From the NCBI RefSeq assembly GCF_018350175.1, contig NC_058368.1, forward strand, positions 196,170,001-196,234,000: a stretch of DNA of 64,000 bases. Direction: 5' to 3'. The stretch comes from Felis catus. Lineage: Eukaryota. The notes under the pieces were generated by a model. That model searched no databases. It was not told the origin of the DNA and saw nothing but the letters and a program-made list of their open reading frames with translations. A program made the position numbers and the translations under genes. This document shows positions 11,001 to 61,470 of this stretch, in pieces; positions within the stretch are counted from its first letter, which is position 1, and the number at the start of each line of letters is the position of its first letter.

Positions 11001-11709
11001 CGCACACGTGGCCCGGACAGTCGAGCTCCTGGGGGCAGCCGCTCAGCCACCCCTTTATCCATCCACCTACCCTCACGTGCATTCCTCACATGTTTGTCCA
11101 TCCACCTTTTCTCTCACTTCCACTCATCTACTTACTCGTCTGTCCCTCACCTGTGATGCTCACGCAGCCCTGCACCACCCACAGTGCATCCGGGAGTCCT
11201 ACAGGCCCACCCATCCTGTGTCATCATCCCCTCCCGTGGCCTTCCCCGACCACGCCTGGTTGTTGCCATCCGACAAGAGTCCTGTGGCTGGGCTGGGAAG
11301 AATGACCCAGGCCCCTCGCCAGTGGGTGTGGGAGGCTGGACTGCCAAGTGACAGATGGACTTGCTACTCCTTTGCAGAGTCAGTGGACGTTGAAGACCTG
11401 TCATCTGGGCTGGGCATGACCAAGCCGGACCTGGGCCAAGGTAAGGGCTCCCGCAGGGGACATTTGGTCCCCAGCAACGTATCCCCAGAGGGGCCGGATC
11501 CCTCACGGATGAATGGCCAGTGCAGCATGACCCTGGGTCATTCTCCAACCTCCCCGGGGACAACCATCTCACACGAGCACCACCTCTAGGGGCTGCAGGG
11601 GTGGCAAGTCCTCAACTGCTCTGAGATCCCAGGGTGCTGGGAAGGGTCAGGGACAACAGGGGACCTCAACCCTAACCGGCTGCTTCTCTTCTCCATAGTG
11701 GTCATGTGA
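3500..11709 (+). CDS. CD74: CD74 / MHC class II-associated invariant chain (spliced; about 280 aa with exon 6b, about 216 aa without)
   Basis: Exons 3500-3576, 7441-7613, 7783-7862, 8402-8464, 9186-9281, 9603-9690, 10729-10920 (6b), 11378-11440 and 11699-11709 are all GT-AG and join in frame (843 nt). Translation [65 protein letters not shown]..., with CLIP region, trimerisation domain and Tg type-1 domain. Confidence 0.99.
4321..4535 (+). mobile_element. 5'-truncated Can-SINE with expanded (CT)n tract
   Basis: gattctgggtctctctc...caaaaataaac plus A tail; TSD agaatgcag(c/g)taccctg. Confidence 0.8.
4594..4710 (+). mobile_element. Short Can-SINE
   Basis: gggggtcctggttggctcag...gggttcgaacccc...A tail; TSD gtaatttgcaaatt. 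Confidence 0.88.
4720..4762 (-). promoter_or_regulatory. Inverted X-X2(-Y variant) MHC-II-type module in CD74 intron 1
   Basis: - strand CCTGGTAACAGCTG / TGACATCA, then 18 nt, then ATTTG in place of ATTGG. Confidence 0.5.
5031..5213 (-). mobile_element. Can-SINE with (TTTA)n tail
   Basis: (ttta)n 5031-5095, then reverse-complement SINE body; TSD catcccca. Confidence 0.88.
5558..5622 (+). promoter_or_regulatory. S-X-X2-Y-like module in CD74 intron 1
   Basis: agaccct -16 nt- cctggcaacatttg tatca -18 nt- gttgg (ctggttgg). Confidence 0.55.
6331..6396 (-). promoter_or_regulatory. Inverted S-X-X2-Y enhancer module in CD74 intron 1
   Basis: - strand GGAAACT -16 nt- CATAGTAACTCATG / TGACGTCA (perfect CRE) -18 nt- ATTGG. 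Confidence 0.7.
7294..7320. repeat. (GT)n microsatellite in CD74 intron 1
   Basis: Direct read. Confidence 0.9.
7441..7613 (+). CDS. CD74: CD74 exon 2 (transmembrane segment)
   Basis: Acceptor ccccaacag; [30 protein letters not shown]...LRMKLPK; donor C|gtgcgt; 173 nt. Confidence 0.97.
7783..7862 (+). CDS. CD74: CD74 exon 3 (CLIP)
   Basis: Acceptor cccacag; (P)[26 protein letters not shown]; donor gtaagg; 80 nt. Confidence 0.97.
8402..8464 (+). CDS. CD74: CD74 exon 4 (two N-glycosylation sequons, NAT and NMT)
   Basis: [25 protein letters not shown] flanks; 63 nt. Confidence 0.97.
9186..9281 (+). CDS. CD74: CD74 exon 5 (trimerisation domain)
   Basis: [32 protein letters not shown]; 96 nt. 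Confidence 0.97.
9603..9690 (+). CDS. CD74: CD74 exon 6
   Basis: [29 protein letters not shown]; donor gtatgg; 88 nt. Confidence 0.97.
10729..10920 (+). CDS. CD74: CD74 alternative exon 6b (thyroglobulin type-1 domain, p41 isoform)
   Basis: [63 protein letters not shown] with CWCV motif; 192 nt, frame-preserving. Confidence 0.97.
11378..11440 (+). CDS. CD74: CD74 exon 7 (contains the SG glycosaminoglycan attachment motif SSGLG)
   Basis: [20 protein letters not shown]; 63 nt; tttgcag / gtaagg. Confidence 0.96.
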
Positions 11710-12312
11710 ACAGCAGACACAGATGCCAGCACACAACCAGCCCTGCATGGCCACTGCTTCCTGGCTCCCCTCTCTCCTCCCACCCTAGCCCCTCTCCCCT
11801 CCCTCACACACCGCTCCCCTGCTCACCAGCTCCCCTTCTGCGCCTCCTTCCATGACACCCTGGCACCTGGCTCTCCATCGTCCTTGGACACGCGTCCTGT
11901 CAGAGCAGCACAGATTTAACGATGCGGGCCCTGCTGCCCAAACCCCATACATCAGCAGGGATGCACGGCCCACGAAGGTGAACCAAGAGCTAGGCTGACC
12001 CCCAGTTCAGCCTCCAACACGGAGCCCCAAGATCCAGGCCCATGGACGAAGTGGGAAGGTGCAGGGAGAGGGCACGATGCTTCCCTACACCCAACATGTT
12101 TGCTGTCGCTCTCTTTCGGCCTTGGCTTTGTAGCCTATTTAACTAGGGGGGGATGAGCCACTCTTTCCCTCTAGCGACACTCACCCAGGAAGAACCAGCC
12201 TCTCCACAACCCCACCTCCCTTTCTGCCAACCCCCAGTTCCCTGTGTGCAGTCAAGCTTGTCATTAGCCCCCAGGGCTGAGGCTCTGAGAATAAAACATA
12301 GTAAGTAGACCA
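11699..12312 (+). other. CD74: CD74 last exon: final codons (VVM-stop, TGA 11707-11709) and 3' UTR
   Basis: Acceptor ctccatag; TGA at 11707; AATAAA at 12290-12295; 3' end approximate. Confidence 0.9.
12290..12295 (+). terminator. CD74 polyadenylation signal
   Basis: AATAAA followed by a GT/T-rich downstream element (ttctggttcctgactgttgttgg). Confidence 0.85.
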
Positions 12313-13464
12313 CTTCTGGTTCCTGACTGTTGTTGGGATCTGGTTCATTTATCCCAAGGAGGTAACAGAGACCTTGAATCCAGCGGTGTGGGTGGGAGGG
12401 CGCAGCCCAGGGAGCCCCCCAGAGGCCCGTGGGGCCAGGCGGGCTGTGGCGGTGCACTCTTTAGATACAGACATACTTGGGTCTCCATGTTAACGCACAG
12501 AAATACTCTGCTTCCAAAAAGAAATAGGCTCTTGCCCATCGCTCTTTAAGTGCAAGCTCCTCTCGGTCCAGCTGCCATTTTCCCAGATCCCTGTTCTCAT
12601 TTCTGTACTAAGAACAGTACGAGTGTGAGGACAGACGGCAATGACCCAGGCCCGGTGTCAGGCCTGCCAGCGAGCGGGGGCTGTGGAGAACCAGGGGGCT
12701 CACCCCTATCAAAACCGTACCTGCTCTAGACCGACACGCTTGGTGCGGGGACAGAGGCAAGCACGGGGGCAGGGCCCCAGGTGAAGGGTGCAGCCGGATG
12801 CCACCCTGGGTCTCCCAAGGCCTCCGGCCCAGCACTCTATCTGCACGGCCTCCTACTCTCGCCAGCAGAGGGCTCGAAGCTTTGGAGAGAAATCGCCATG
12901 ACTTCTGGTGCTCTACGCTGCTCTGGGCAACCGCACTGCTGCCCTCCCCAAGTCATACAGAGATCACCCGGACAGCTCTTTTGGGTTCCTTGTTTCCCAC
13001 CGTCACCATCACAGAACCTCTGTTACCTGGACACGAGGGCCCCTCAGGCCTAACTGGTTTTCCTGCTCCTCCTCTGCCCGTGGTTCCCCGAGAGGGCCTG
13101 CCTCCAGCTCAAACCCTAACTTCAAAAGGTGGCTGGGAAGAAAGTAGCCCCCGCTTCCATTTCGTGCCTCTGGGTACTTGTCTGGCCTGCCCTAGCAAAT
13201 CGACCATGACCGTGCTTGAGGTCCCCTTAGCTGAGACGCCCTTTCTTCCAGGAAGCTTTTCTTCCCCACCGATTCAATACCTGGGGGCACTTTGCAGAGT
13301 CTCCTCTGGCAACCTGTCTGTCCCACTCACCAAAGCATCCCAGAGCCTTGATGTGTAAAGAACAAATCCTGAGCGATGGTTTGTTCACCTGCAGGTGTCG
13401 GCCAGACTCTCCCTTCCAAGAATAGGTCAGCTGCAAAACGTCTGTCCCCGATGCACTAGGAACT

Positions 13465-13964
13465 CCCACCTTTCCTTCAAGCCTTTTATTTTGAGTTGTT
13501 ACAAAAAAACCACAAACAAAACAGGGAAAAAACTGATAGAGGAGGACAAGGCCTCAGCATCAGCCAGAGACCAGGGATGGAAGGAGCTGTAGGCTGGGCC
13601 TCGCTAGGTCTGCAGGGCAAAGAGGTGCAAAGTCCCGAGGCCTCTGGGCATGTTGTGTTTGAAGGGGGAGGCAGGTCACTTAAAAAAATATATATATATA
13701 TACTGTACACATCTATATGAAGCGTTCGGTGTCAGGACAGAAGTCAGACGTGGAATCAGTGAGTGGAGGTCACTGGATCTGGATGCATTTCCTCCTCTTC
13801 CTCCTCGGACCAGCCTCTCTGCAGGGCTCCCTCGCTCGGCCAGCACGGACACTGCAGCTGGCTGTCGTCTTCTGGGGAGGGAGGGAAGCTTAAAGATTCA
13901 ATTCCAACCCATGGTGGGCAGAGGGCAGAGACACGGGGCTGGTCACCGCCTGGCTAAGAAATCC
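13465..13964 (-). other. TCOF1: TCOF1 last, non-coding exon (3' UTR)
   Basis: Acceptor ttccttcacccag; AATAAA on the - strand at 13485-13490; 3' end approximate. Confidence 0.8.
13485..13490 (-). terminator. TCOF1 polyadenylation signal
   Basis: tttatt on + = AATAAA on -, preceded by U-rich sequence. Confidence 0.8.
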
Positions 13965-14698
13965 CTGGGTGAAGGAAACACCCAGATGGAAGATTTCTGA
14001 CCTTTTTCTCCGAAGGGAAGAAAACAAAAGCAAGACCTGGTATCTCCGATGCAGGGAAGGAGCATTAACCACAGAGGGCACTTGGTGGCCCTGCCCGCAT
14101 CCCAGGAACTGGGCTGAGTGCTCTAGCGAGCCACTTAACCCTCACCACACCCAGGCAGGCTGGGCTACCCCCATTTCCAGGAGGCTGCTGGCTGCTGGGG
14201 CCGACCGGCCGGGTGGAACACTCAATCCCTCCTACCACCACCCCGAGAGCGAGCCCAGATCCCCAGGAATGGCCTGGCCTGACTCAACCGTCTTCCTCTG
14301 CCTCGGACGATGCCCTCAAAGTTACAAAATCAAAAGGAAAAGGAACTAGACAGTGGTGGGGAGAGACCAAGCCGTATCTGACCTCAAGCCTCATCCTCAC
14401 ATACAAAGAGGCACTAGCCCCGTGCCCGGCTCCTAAGGCACGAGCCGCGCGGGCACCCAGGGAGCCCCGTGTTGGTCACTGCCATTGCTGTTCTGGACTC
14501 TTCTGATTCTGCAGCTCTGACTTCTGGCATCACCTCGCTGGTCCCACTGACCTTGAGGGACGGAACCACTTTCTCCAGCCCGCCTGCCCGGCCCCCTGTG
14601 ACCGCGCCAGATGCTAGAGCTGCCCTCCCACCCTCACGGGGGAGGGGAGGTCAGCAGGGATCCCTGGGCCAGGAACCATACCTGTCCTCTTGTGCCCC

Positions 14699-52500
<37,802 letters not shown>

Positions 52501-53476
52501 AGGCCCTCCTCCCAGCCTTGAGATGAATGACTCCCCCTTACCTCGTCCAGACTCGTTCACTGCAGGCATTTGTCTTCCATGTTAGCTCTGACGGGTGCGA
52601 TAGGGTCTTACCCATCTCTGAACATCCTAAATCTGCATCTCTCTCTGGTCCCGAACTTCTAGTTACCCACTCTTATTCATTTCACAGATTTTTTTTTTAG
52701 GGCCCATGACTACTTATAATTATTCATTCACTGCATAAACCGTTTTTGAGCACCATACCTTAGGCTAGTGTTCACCTAGAATGTAGGGATAAAAAGATGA
52801 CTAAGAAATGGTGGCTGCCCTCAAAGATCGAAAGGAGGAGAGTCGGTAACCAAGCAACTATGGTTCAATGCCTTGAGCGCATTGTCAGGGATAGGCACAG
52901 CCTATGGACGCAGGGAGGAGGGGCACCTAACCCCAAAGAGATATCTAGCTTGAGGCTTAAAGATGCAATAGGAATTTCTGATTCTGCAGAAGACAGGACT
53001 GGCATTCCAGGTAGAGGGCAGTGCCTGTATACAGACAGGAGAAACCACCCGGTATAGGCTGGGAAGCCCAAACATAGAACCCAGTCTGTGCTGGTGGGCT
53101 GTAGTTGTGGGAAAGAGGGAAGAGTAAGGACACAGGAGGATGGGGGAAGAAATAGGCCCTACAGCACCCTCTCCTGCCCAGCAGAGCCTGCACTTTGTTC
53201 CAAGGGTGATAGAGAATCTCCGGTTTTATGTAGGAGGGTGACCTGGGTTTGTGTTTTTAAAAGATTGCTATCATCAAAATGCAGAGATGGATGCGTGGAG
53301 AACAAAAACTAGATGTAAGGTTGTTGTACTTGTTGAGGAGAGGTTGGCAGGGAGAGGATGAAGTAGGCTGGGGAATATTTGCATCAGTTCTTTTTAACTT
53401 CATGAACCCATTGAGAAACTGGAGACAGCATGAACCACCTAGACTTTGCTGTAGAGAATTAAAAATATTTTTTCCC

Positions 53477-53637
53477 TTTTTTTTTTTTTCCAGAGGGGCA
53501 GAAGGAGAGAGAGAGAATCCTAAACAGACTCCATACTCAGCACAGAGCCCGATGCAGGGCTCGATCCACGACCCAGGGATCATGACCTCAGCCGAAATCA
53601 AGTCTGATGCTCAACGGACTGAGTCACCCAGGCACCC
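53477..53637 (-). mobile_element. Can-SINE
   Basis: Reverse-complement SINE; TSD gctgtaga(g/a)aatt. Confidence 0.87.
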
Positions 53638-53804
53638 TGCTGTAGAAAATTTTGAATGTGTACAGATGTAACATTTTCCTTCCAGTTTTAGGATGCACAT
53701 AAACACATAACTGAACCTCGTTGGGTTACTGCTGCTCTGGGAAGAACCAGGGCCAGGGCTAGGTGACTGAATGCAGTGAGTGAGAAAGGGGGAGGAGACG
53801 AGTC

Positions 53805-55900
53805 TGCATTCAGCCATTTACCAAAAAATATTTATTGAGCACCTACTATGGGGGATGAAGTAATCTTCGCCCCAACAGAGCTTAGAGTCTAAAGCGGGAG
53901 ACACGCTGGAGACACGCTAAACAAACAGTCATACAGACACATTGTTACAAACAGCGAGGCCATGCAGATAGGAAAAGGATAGAGTTTTCTTACAGAACAG
54001 TAAACACAGGGCAGGAGACACAGGGCTAGGGTTCAGATTCTGGCTTTGCTTCTTGTTCACTAGGGAACCTTGGATAAGTTACATAACTTCTCTGTGCCTC
54101 AGCTTCTTCATCTGTAAAATAGAGATAATTATACTTTCTACATCATAGGGTTGTCACGAGGAGTAACTGCCTTCTAAACAGAAATGCTCAGAAGGGCTCC
54201 GAACAATAGTGCTGTGCTTCTATGTATGTTAACCACTGTTGTGAGAGCATTTAACAGGAAGGAGGGGTTAGGGAAGGACTCCCTGAGGAAGTGCTATTTG
54301 TGAGGAAATATGAACTATGTATAGGTGAGGATGGGAGGGGAAGACTCCTAGGAAGAGGGAAGAACTAGTGCAAAGGGCCTGAGGCAGAAGGTGCAGCTTA
54401 GAGAAGAGGCGAGAACGGCCCTTGGTAGCAGGGTGTAGAGGAACAGGGGGATTGGGGAATATGGAAGGTGGGCAGAGGCAGGCTCCACATTAAGGATCTT
54501 TCTTTTCATCTTAAGTATGATAGGAAGCCACTTGACAGTGTAGGTCCAAGAAGGACAGGATGATTTTTCATTTTAATGTGACCTGTGTGAATTCTCAGTG
54601 GAGGGTGCAGTAGGGTGTGTATGTGTACATGCTGGAAGCCAAGTGAGGGGTAGGAGCACAGGCAGGCATCCAGAGAGAATATAATGGGGCGATGCCAGTG
54701 GCAGTGAAGGTGGAGTGTGGTGGAAGATTCCAGAGTCATCAGGAAGTAAAATTGTCATCGAGCTGTGTTGGAATCGAGAGAGAGTGTCAGGATGGACTCT
54801 GAGGTTTCTGTGCAGCCTGGCAGGCAGCTACTTTCCCTGCGAAAGAGAGACCGCTGGGAGAGGACTGGGGTGGGGGCAGAGCGAGGAGGGGAGGGTGGTG
54901 AGGGGGACATGAAAAGCACAAGTTCCACTTTAGCCACGTGGAGCTTGCAATGCTTTTGAGACGTCGAGTCCAGGTGTTGAGTAGGCACTTGGAAGCCTGG
55001 GTTTGGACTCCCGTGAAGACGGGGAACTGTCAGTAGAGAGATGCTCATCGTGGCTGTGGATGAGGGCCGATTGCCCAGGGAGCAGAACAGGGGCAGAGGA
55101 GAGAAGGGGGACCCGGGATGGAGCTCAGAGGTGAACCCACAGGTTAGGGCTGCACAAAGGAGGTTGTGTCTGCAAAGACTGAGAAGGAGTGAACAGACAG
55201 GAGGAAACCCAGGACCGTGGGTGTAGGGAAGGAAGGCAAAGACAGAGCTTCAGGAAAGTGGGGCGAGCCCATGGGGAATGCTCTAAGAAGTCAGATGGGG
55301 TGAGGAGAGAGCCAGGAGCGTTGGGTTAATGACAGGTATGGCGATTGTTGATGGCTTTCGGGAGTTCCACTTCTGTGGTGTGATGGGGAAAGTCAGGTGG
55401 CAGTGGTCTGATGACTGAAGGAGGGATGAGGGAGGTTGTGGGTCTTTTGGAAAGTTTCTGAGTGAAGCGGACGAGAGAGACAGTGTGACAGGGTCAGCGT
55501 GTGCGTGTTGGGGGTGGTGTGTCCTAAGGCGCAAGAGAGCTGGGTTTGTTTAAAGGCAGATCAAGGGGAGAGAGTTTAATTAGGGGTGTAGGGAATAGGG
55601 GAGAAAATCAGTGAGTGATGTTCACGGGCATGTGCGAGGGATCAGGCACGTGGGTGGAGGGGTTGGTCTCAGAGAGGGGGAGGGATGACTTCTCTAAAAC
55701 CAAAAGAAGGAACAAAGAGAGGACGGGTGCAGATGTAGATGTAGGTTTGTAGTGGGATGTTAAGGGAGATTTCATCTTGAGCTTCTATTTTTTCTGCAAA
55801 GTGGGAGGCAAGGTCTTCTGCTGAGAGCGAGGAAGAGGTGGTGAAGAGTCTGGAGGAAGGAGGAGAATGAGCATTCTGAGTTGAGAAGCAAACTTGCCCA
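53805..55900 (-). mobile_element. Highly degenerate L2 region with an embedded MIR (about 54020-54200)
   Basis: L2 3'-end-like cattcagccattta...atttattgagcacctactatg, followed by purine-rich L2-like text; boundaries approximate. Confidence 0.5.
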
Positions 55901-58900
55901 CAAAATCCCCAGTGTTGACAACCCAGTTGAGGCTGGCGATCGTTAATTTATGTGTGTCCTGTCCCATCCCACTGAGTGACATCCCCCTTCGTAGCTCTCC
56001 CACCCAGGTGCAGGCCGGGGGAAAGTACTTAGTGGGGTTTATCCGGAGGCCTCGGGTTTTGCCAGATGGGTGGGGGAAAGGGGCACAGAGGTCTAAAGTG
56101 TTGGCAAGAGAGGTGCCCAACCTCTGGGCTCTGGGCAGGGAGGGAAGTGGAGACAGACGGAGTCAGTTTGCAGGGAGAGAGGGGAAGCCTTTGTGGACTG
56201 GGCGACCCTGAGGCTGATAACCAGCAACCTGAGCTGGGAGATGGTTGATGACTTAAACTGATGGCAATGCCCAGGTTCCTGACTGGGTGGCTGGATGGGC
56301 CACCGACTGAGCTAGTCAACAGGCTGATGAACATACAAATCTTTGGGAAAAACCAAAGATGTTTTTCACCGCTCCAAGAACTAATTTTCACTCCCTTGTG
56401 GTATCATCACCCCCATTGAGAATGAACACCTTTGTAGGATATAAATTCCCTGAAGGCAGATTTGGGGTTGTCTTGCTGGCTGTGTTATCCCAACACCTGT
56501 CAACAAATATTGGCAAACGCAAGGGTGGTTAGAGCATATAGCCTATCTCCTGAGGAAGAAAGAGGGCAGATCAGGCAGGACACACACTGTGAGTACAGGC
56601 CTGGAAGCAGAAATGGGGAAGCTTCTAGAAGGCAATGTAAAGGGAATGGGATGATGACTCTTGGGCTGACGTTGGGAAAAATGAAGAACTGATATTAAAT
56701 TAAAAACAAAACCAAAACCAGGATGGTCTAATACCTTCTGTCTGGCAACAGGTTGTTTGATTTTGCTTTGTTCCTAATAAAATTCGTTTCAGACACTTAT
56801 GCTTTGTCCTCAGCTCCTGGGAGGCTTCCTCTTCTGTGGACAATTTTTTTTTTTTAATTTTCTTGATTTTGTGAATGATACCCTTCACTGAATTGCCTCA
56901 GCGCCCAAGCACAAAATTAAAACATTAAACTGATAAAATATAACATGGCAACAATTAAGACAGCAGCAAACAAAACAGTACATTAAAAAAAAAAATTAGC
57001 CTCAGAGCATTTTTTTTTTTTTTTTACCAGTTAGAAAAAGATGTCTTTGTTAGTGGTAGAAACCAGAAGCTTCCAGACCACTCGACGATGAGTGCCTCTC
57101 GGGTAAGCAGCATGCCTCAGTCACCTTGAATTCTCAAGCAGGGCACAGCAAGGGCACTCAGGAAATGAGAGAAGAAAGGACTGTCAGCGGAGCGGAAAGA
57201 AGTTAAGCAGGTGGGACATGATATTCTTCTTTTCCCAGCAGGATGGCTCCCGCACAGAGTTGGAAGGTAGCATCATGTAGGGTGGTGGCTACTGAGCCAG
57301 GAGTCAGGAAACTGCCTTTTTGGCCAGGCTCTGCTGTGTGAACTTGGGCCAGTCTCTTGCCCTCTCTGATCCTCAACAGTTGTTTGGGTTGAAGAGGTTA
57401 GACAAAGGCCCTTCTGGCACTGGAACTCTCAAGAGAGGAGCCCATCTGGGAAGACTGCCATTGCCCCCTGGACCCAAAGATGTCCCCTTCACTCACTGTA
57501 ACAATGGGTTAGCCTTGGGCCAAATCACTTGGGCCGGGAGGTTTCCCATAGCCTCCTTCCCTCTCCCTGGATGACAATTTCTTGCTTTCTTTTTTCTTCA
57601 GCCTCATCGGAGATTTTAACGGTTTACAAAAGGTTTAAAAGTGATTACTGAAATCATAAGTCAAACAATTCAGGGATGTATAAAGACCAAGTTAGTCCTT
57701 CCCTCCATCTCATCCACTCCCAGCCCACTTGCCCTGCCCCTCCAGAACCTCCCCTAATGGGCTGGTAACCTCAGGGGCCTGGGGTCAAGTCCCTTCACCT
57801 CCTCCCTTCCCTCAGACCAACGCAGACAGACACCCTGCATAGGGTTTTAATCCTCCCTTCCCATTTGCGCGTTTTCATCACTCTTCTCTTTCTCCCTGCA
57901 ACTCGCGCTTTTCCCTTAGTGATATATCAGAGCCATTTCTCCAGACGCTGGGGTCTGCCACAGCCTTTTGAGTAAGAGTGGCAGCTCCTGAACCATGAGC
58001 CGGCTCTGTGCTGTGGGGAGCACTTCCTGGCTTAGCCCTCAGGGCACGCTATGGAGCAGGTAACTGGTTCCCTGCCCTGTTTACAGAGGAGGAAAGTGAG
58101 GCTCAGCGAGTTAAGGCCCAGGCCGTGAAGCTGGTGAGTGCAGGGCAGGGCTTGGATGGATGGACACCGGCTACAGGGCCGGGGGACTCCTGACGGACAG
58201 AGGGAGGAGATAGCATGCATGGCCTAGGTTATTCATTTCCCATTTTCTGGCTAATACGACAGCACCGCTCTAACACCCTGGTAAAGACGTCCTTACAGAC
58301 TGGAGCTTTAATTTTTGTAGAATGGAATGAAAGTAGGCCAGAGGGGATGCTCTGGTTTATTTTAATAGCTAAAGCCGGATTAACTGCCAAAAGGGTGGAG
58401 CCATTCACAACCTCATCGGCATAATTTCTGATTTACGTGGTTTTATTTCTCAGAGCTGGAAGAGAGTCTTTGGAGAACATGGAGCCTGGCTTTCTCCTCT
58501 CAGGGGTAAGGAAACAGGCCAGAGGCAGGAATTAACCTGGTGAGGTCCCAGTGGGGTAGAGGCCGAGGCAGGCCCTACCCCACTTCCCTGGACCACTGCC
58601 ACACGTCCCTTGCCTCCAGCTGTATCTGCCCCGCTCCCCCGTCCCCTGTCCATTCTCCACACTGCATTTGGCATCGCATCTCTCCCCTGCTTATCAAACC
58701 TCCTCTGGGTGGACCGCTGACCAGGAGAATAAATCACAGCTGCCTGATAGGCGTTCAAGCTCATCCCTGTCTGGTCATTCTTCAAAGCCAAGTGCAAACA
58801 CCACCTCTTTAACGGTGCCTTCCCTGACTGCCTCAGCGTGTCACCTCAGCACAGTCAACTCTGCCTTGCAAGGAGGGGGCCTCGCTTGGCCGAGTGGTCC

Positions 58901-59867
58901 AGGAGGAGCCACATTGCAGAAGGACCCACCAGGAGGGGGCAGTGTGCAACCAAAGAAAGGTCTCCCTAAAGGTCAAGGTCACTAGGGTAACTGAGGCCCA
59001 CCACAAGCCCTTTGGTGTCCACGCTTCATCTCCAGTGTAGACGCCTGTGGGAATATGAGGTTCACCCCACTGGCGTGACCGTTGGCAAGCTGCCCCTCTC
59101 CTCATGCCTCAGTTTGCATCTCTGTAAATCGAGAGGGCTGGACCAGCTCCGGGTTTCTGAAAGTGCGGTGACGCACAAAGTGACTTCGGGAGATAAATAG
59201 ATGGACGTTTTAAAATGGAAATCATTATGTATTTATTTTAATGTGTATTAGACAAAAAATAACTAGCACATCAAACCTGTTATTTCACAGATATTATTGC
59301 TTAGAATGGGGCTAAAGTAGGCATTCAGGTAAAAAAAAAACAGTGAGTCAATGTAAAAGAAAGTAGCAATTAAATAATAGTACAGGTGATAAGACGGCAG
59401 TGAATGCTTTTGATCTGAAAAAGATTGGTCTGCCTCTGACGTTCCAGAATTCTGTGATTTGGGGTGATTCCTGCCCTTGCCAATGGTGGGGGCAGGGAGG
59501 AAGGCACTGCCTCCAGGGGCTGGGACACCAGGCCTTGGAGTGGAGGGGCAGGAATTCAGCAGATGGGTCCTGTCCCCCCCCCCCCCCCACCGGACCCTCC
59601 TCCACCTGCGGAGGGGTGCGAGTGCCTGCCCCTCCTCCCCGCCTTCTTTCTCAGCTTCCCTGCGGTTACTAAGGAGTGGGAGGCTGAGAGGGGCCGCATT
59701 CTGGAAGCTCATCTGCTCCCTCATTCTCACCCAGCACCCTGCTTGGCATCAACTATTCAGGGTGATGATTAACAAGGATGCAGGAAGGCACTGGGGATGG
59801 GGAGAGAAAATAAGGCGATGTGGACAGCGTTTTCTCACATATGTGAGTGCCCAACCTGGAATGACCG

Positions 59868-60010
59868 GCTGATTCCCAAACTTGCCCGGGCATTGGAATC
59901 ACCTGGCAATTCAACAGAAACACGGTTCCAGGGCCCCACCGCAGGCAGTTCTGATTACGGGGCCACTACAATCGGATGTCATTCTAATGCTTCTAGGCTT
60001 GGAACCATCA
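59868..60010. mobile_element. MER5-like hAT DNA transposon relic
   Basis: ttcccaaactt...cattggaatcacctgg...ggccccacc...ttctgatt...attctaatg...ttggaacca. Confidence 0.55.
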
Positions 60011-60559
60011 CGTTAGAGCACACCTTTCACTCAGTGCACCTCAGTAGAGACACCGAGGCTGAGAGAGGTTTATCCCTTACCCAGAGTCACCCAGAGTCAC
60101 CCAGCAAATCAACAGCAGATGTCCTGACACCCAGCTCAGTACTTCCCACTGAGCATCCCTTGTTGAGCCTAGTCCGTGGTTAGCAGAGAGAACGCCACTG
60201 ACAAATGTGGTGGGATTTCTTTGAGCCTCCTTTGCGTCTGGGCTTCTCAAGGACTTTCCACAGAAAAGAACATGCTGTGTGAAAGCCATCTGCTTTAAAG
60301 ACTGGAGGGGTGGTGAGGGGCGGAGGGGGTGGTAACAGAGGGGGTGGCTGGGAGATTCAGCCTCCTCTCTGCAGTTGCCAGCCTGCACAACCACACGGGA
60401 TCCTCAAGGAACAGAATTAGGAGCAGTGGCTAACAGTGATCAGTGACCCGGGAGACAACTGACCTTGGAGCCGTTGTCTGAAAAAAATTAAACATTCAAC
60501 GTATGAAAACTATAGGGAAAAGTACACATAGCTCCCATGTTCCCAGGACCTAGATTGTG

Positions 60560-61470
60560 GAATAAGACAGCGCAAGTAAGTAGGAGCGTCTCAGCCTGTT
60601 CCCCACCCTCTTGCCCAGAGACAGTCACCACCCCGTTCCCTGAGGTTGGCGTGAATTATTCTTATACATATTTTTATGTTTATGCTATATATGTATACAT
60701 CCATAAAACATGTAATGTATTGCTTTGCAGATTTTTTAAGTTTCTGTAAGTGATATAATATTGTACATATAGCCTTCTGCAACTTGCTTGTTTTCTTTCA
60801 ACATTTTGTTTGAAATTTATCCACGTCATGTGCAGAGCTCAGTACATACATTGCCACTGTTCTAATCCATTTCATTGCACGTATGTGCTACGATGTATTA
60901 GTCTATTCTCCTGTTGATGGGCATTTGAGCCATTTCCAGTTTTCCATCAGGCAAGCCTCACTGCCAAGAACGTCCTTGCACATGTCTCCCGCGTGTGCCT
61001 GGGGAGGGGTCGCGGGCACGTGATCTCCTTCCAGTTCACTCGCCATCGCCTGACCGCATCTGAAAGGCTGGCCAGCTTCTGTCGCTTCACATCCAGACTC
61101 ATGCTAGCAATTGTCAGACTTTGGAATTTATGCCTCTCTGATGGGGGCCAAATGCCTCTCATTGGTGTTTTTAATTTGTATGTCTCTGATCAGTGGGGCT
61201 GAAATGTTTTCATCATTTCTCTGGTCGCTTGCATTTCCTCTCTTGTGAATTGCCTTTGTATCTCCGGCCTGTGTTTCCATTGTACCGTCTGTGTCGTTCT
61301 TACTGATTTGTGGGAGCTCTAATCCTGGGCCTGTTGCTACTATCTTCTGCCAGTCGGTGGCCTGTCTTCGCACTTTATTTATGGAGTCTTTTGATGAACA
61401 AGGATTTTTACATTTTAATATAATTACAGTGTCAATCTCTCCCTCTGCGGTCTGGGCTTCTGCAGTCTGT
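60560..61470 (-). mobile_element. Old L1M fragment
   Basis: ttctgcaacttgctt...ctcctgttgatgggcatttg...tgcatttcctct...tcttttgatgaaca. Confidence 0.7.

Noticed and set aside
10834..11589. 251-aa + strand ORF overlapping CD74 exons 6b and 7
   Set aside because: Starts out of frame in exon 6b and runs through intron; only the exon 7 part is real coding sequence
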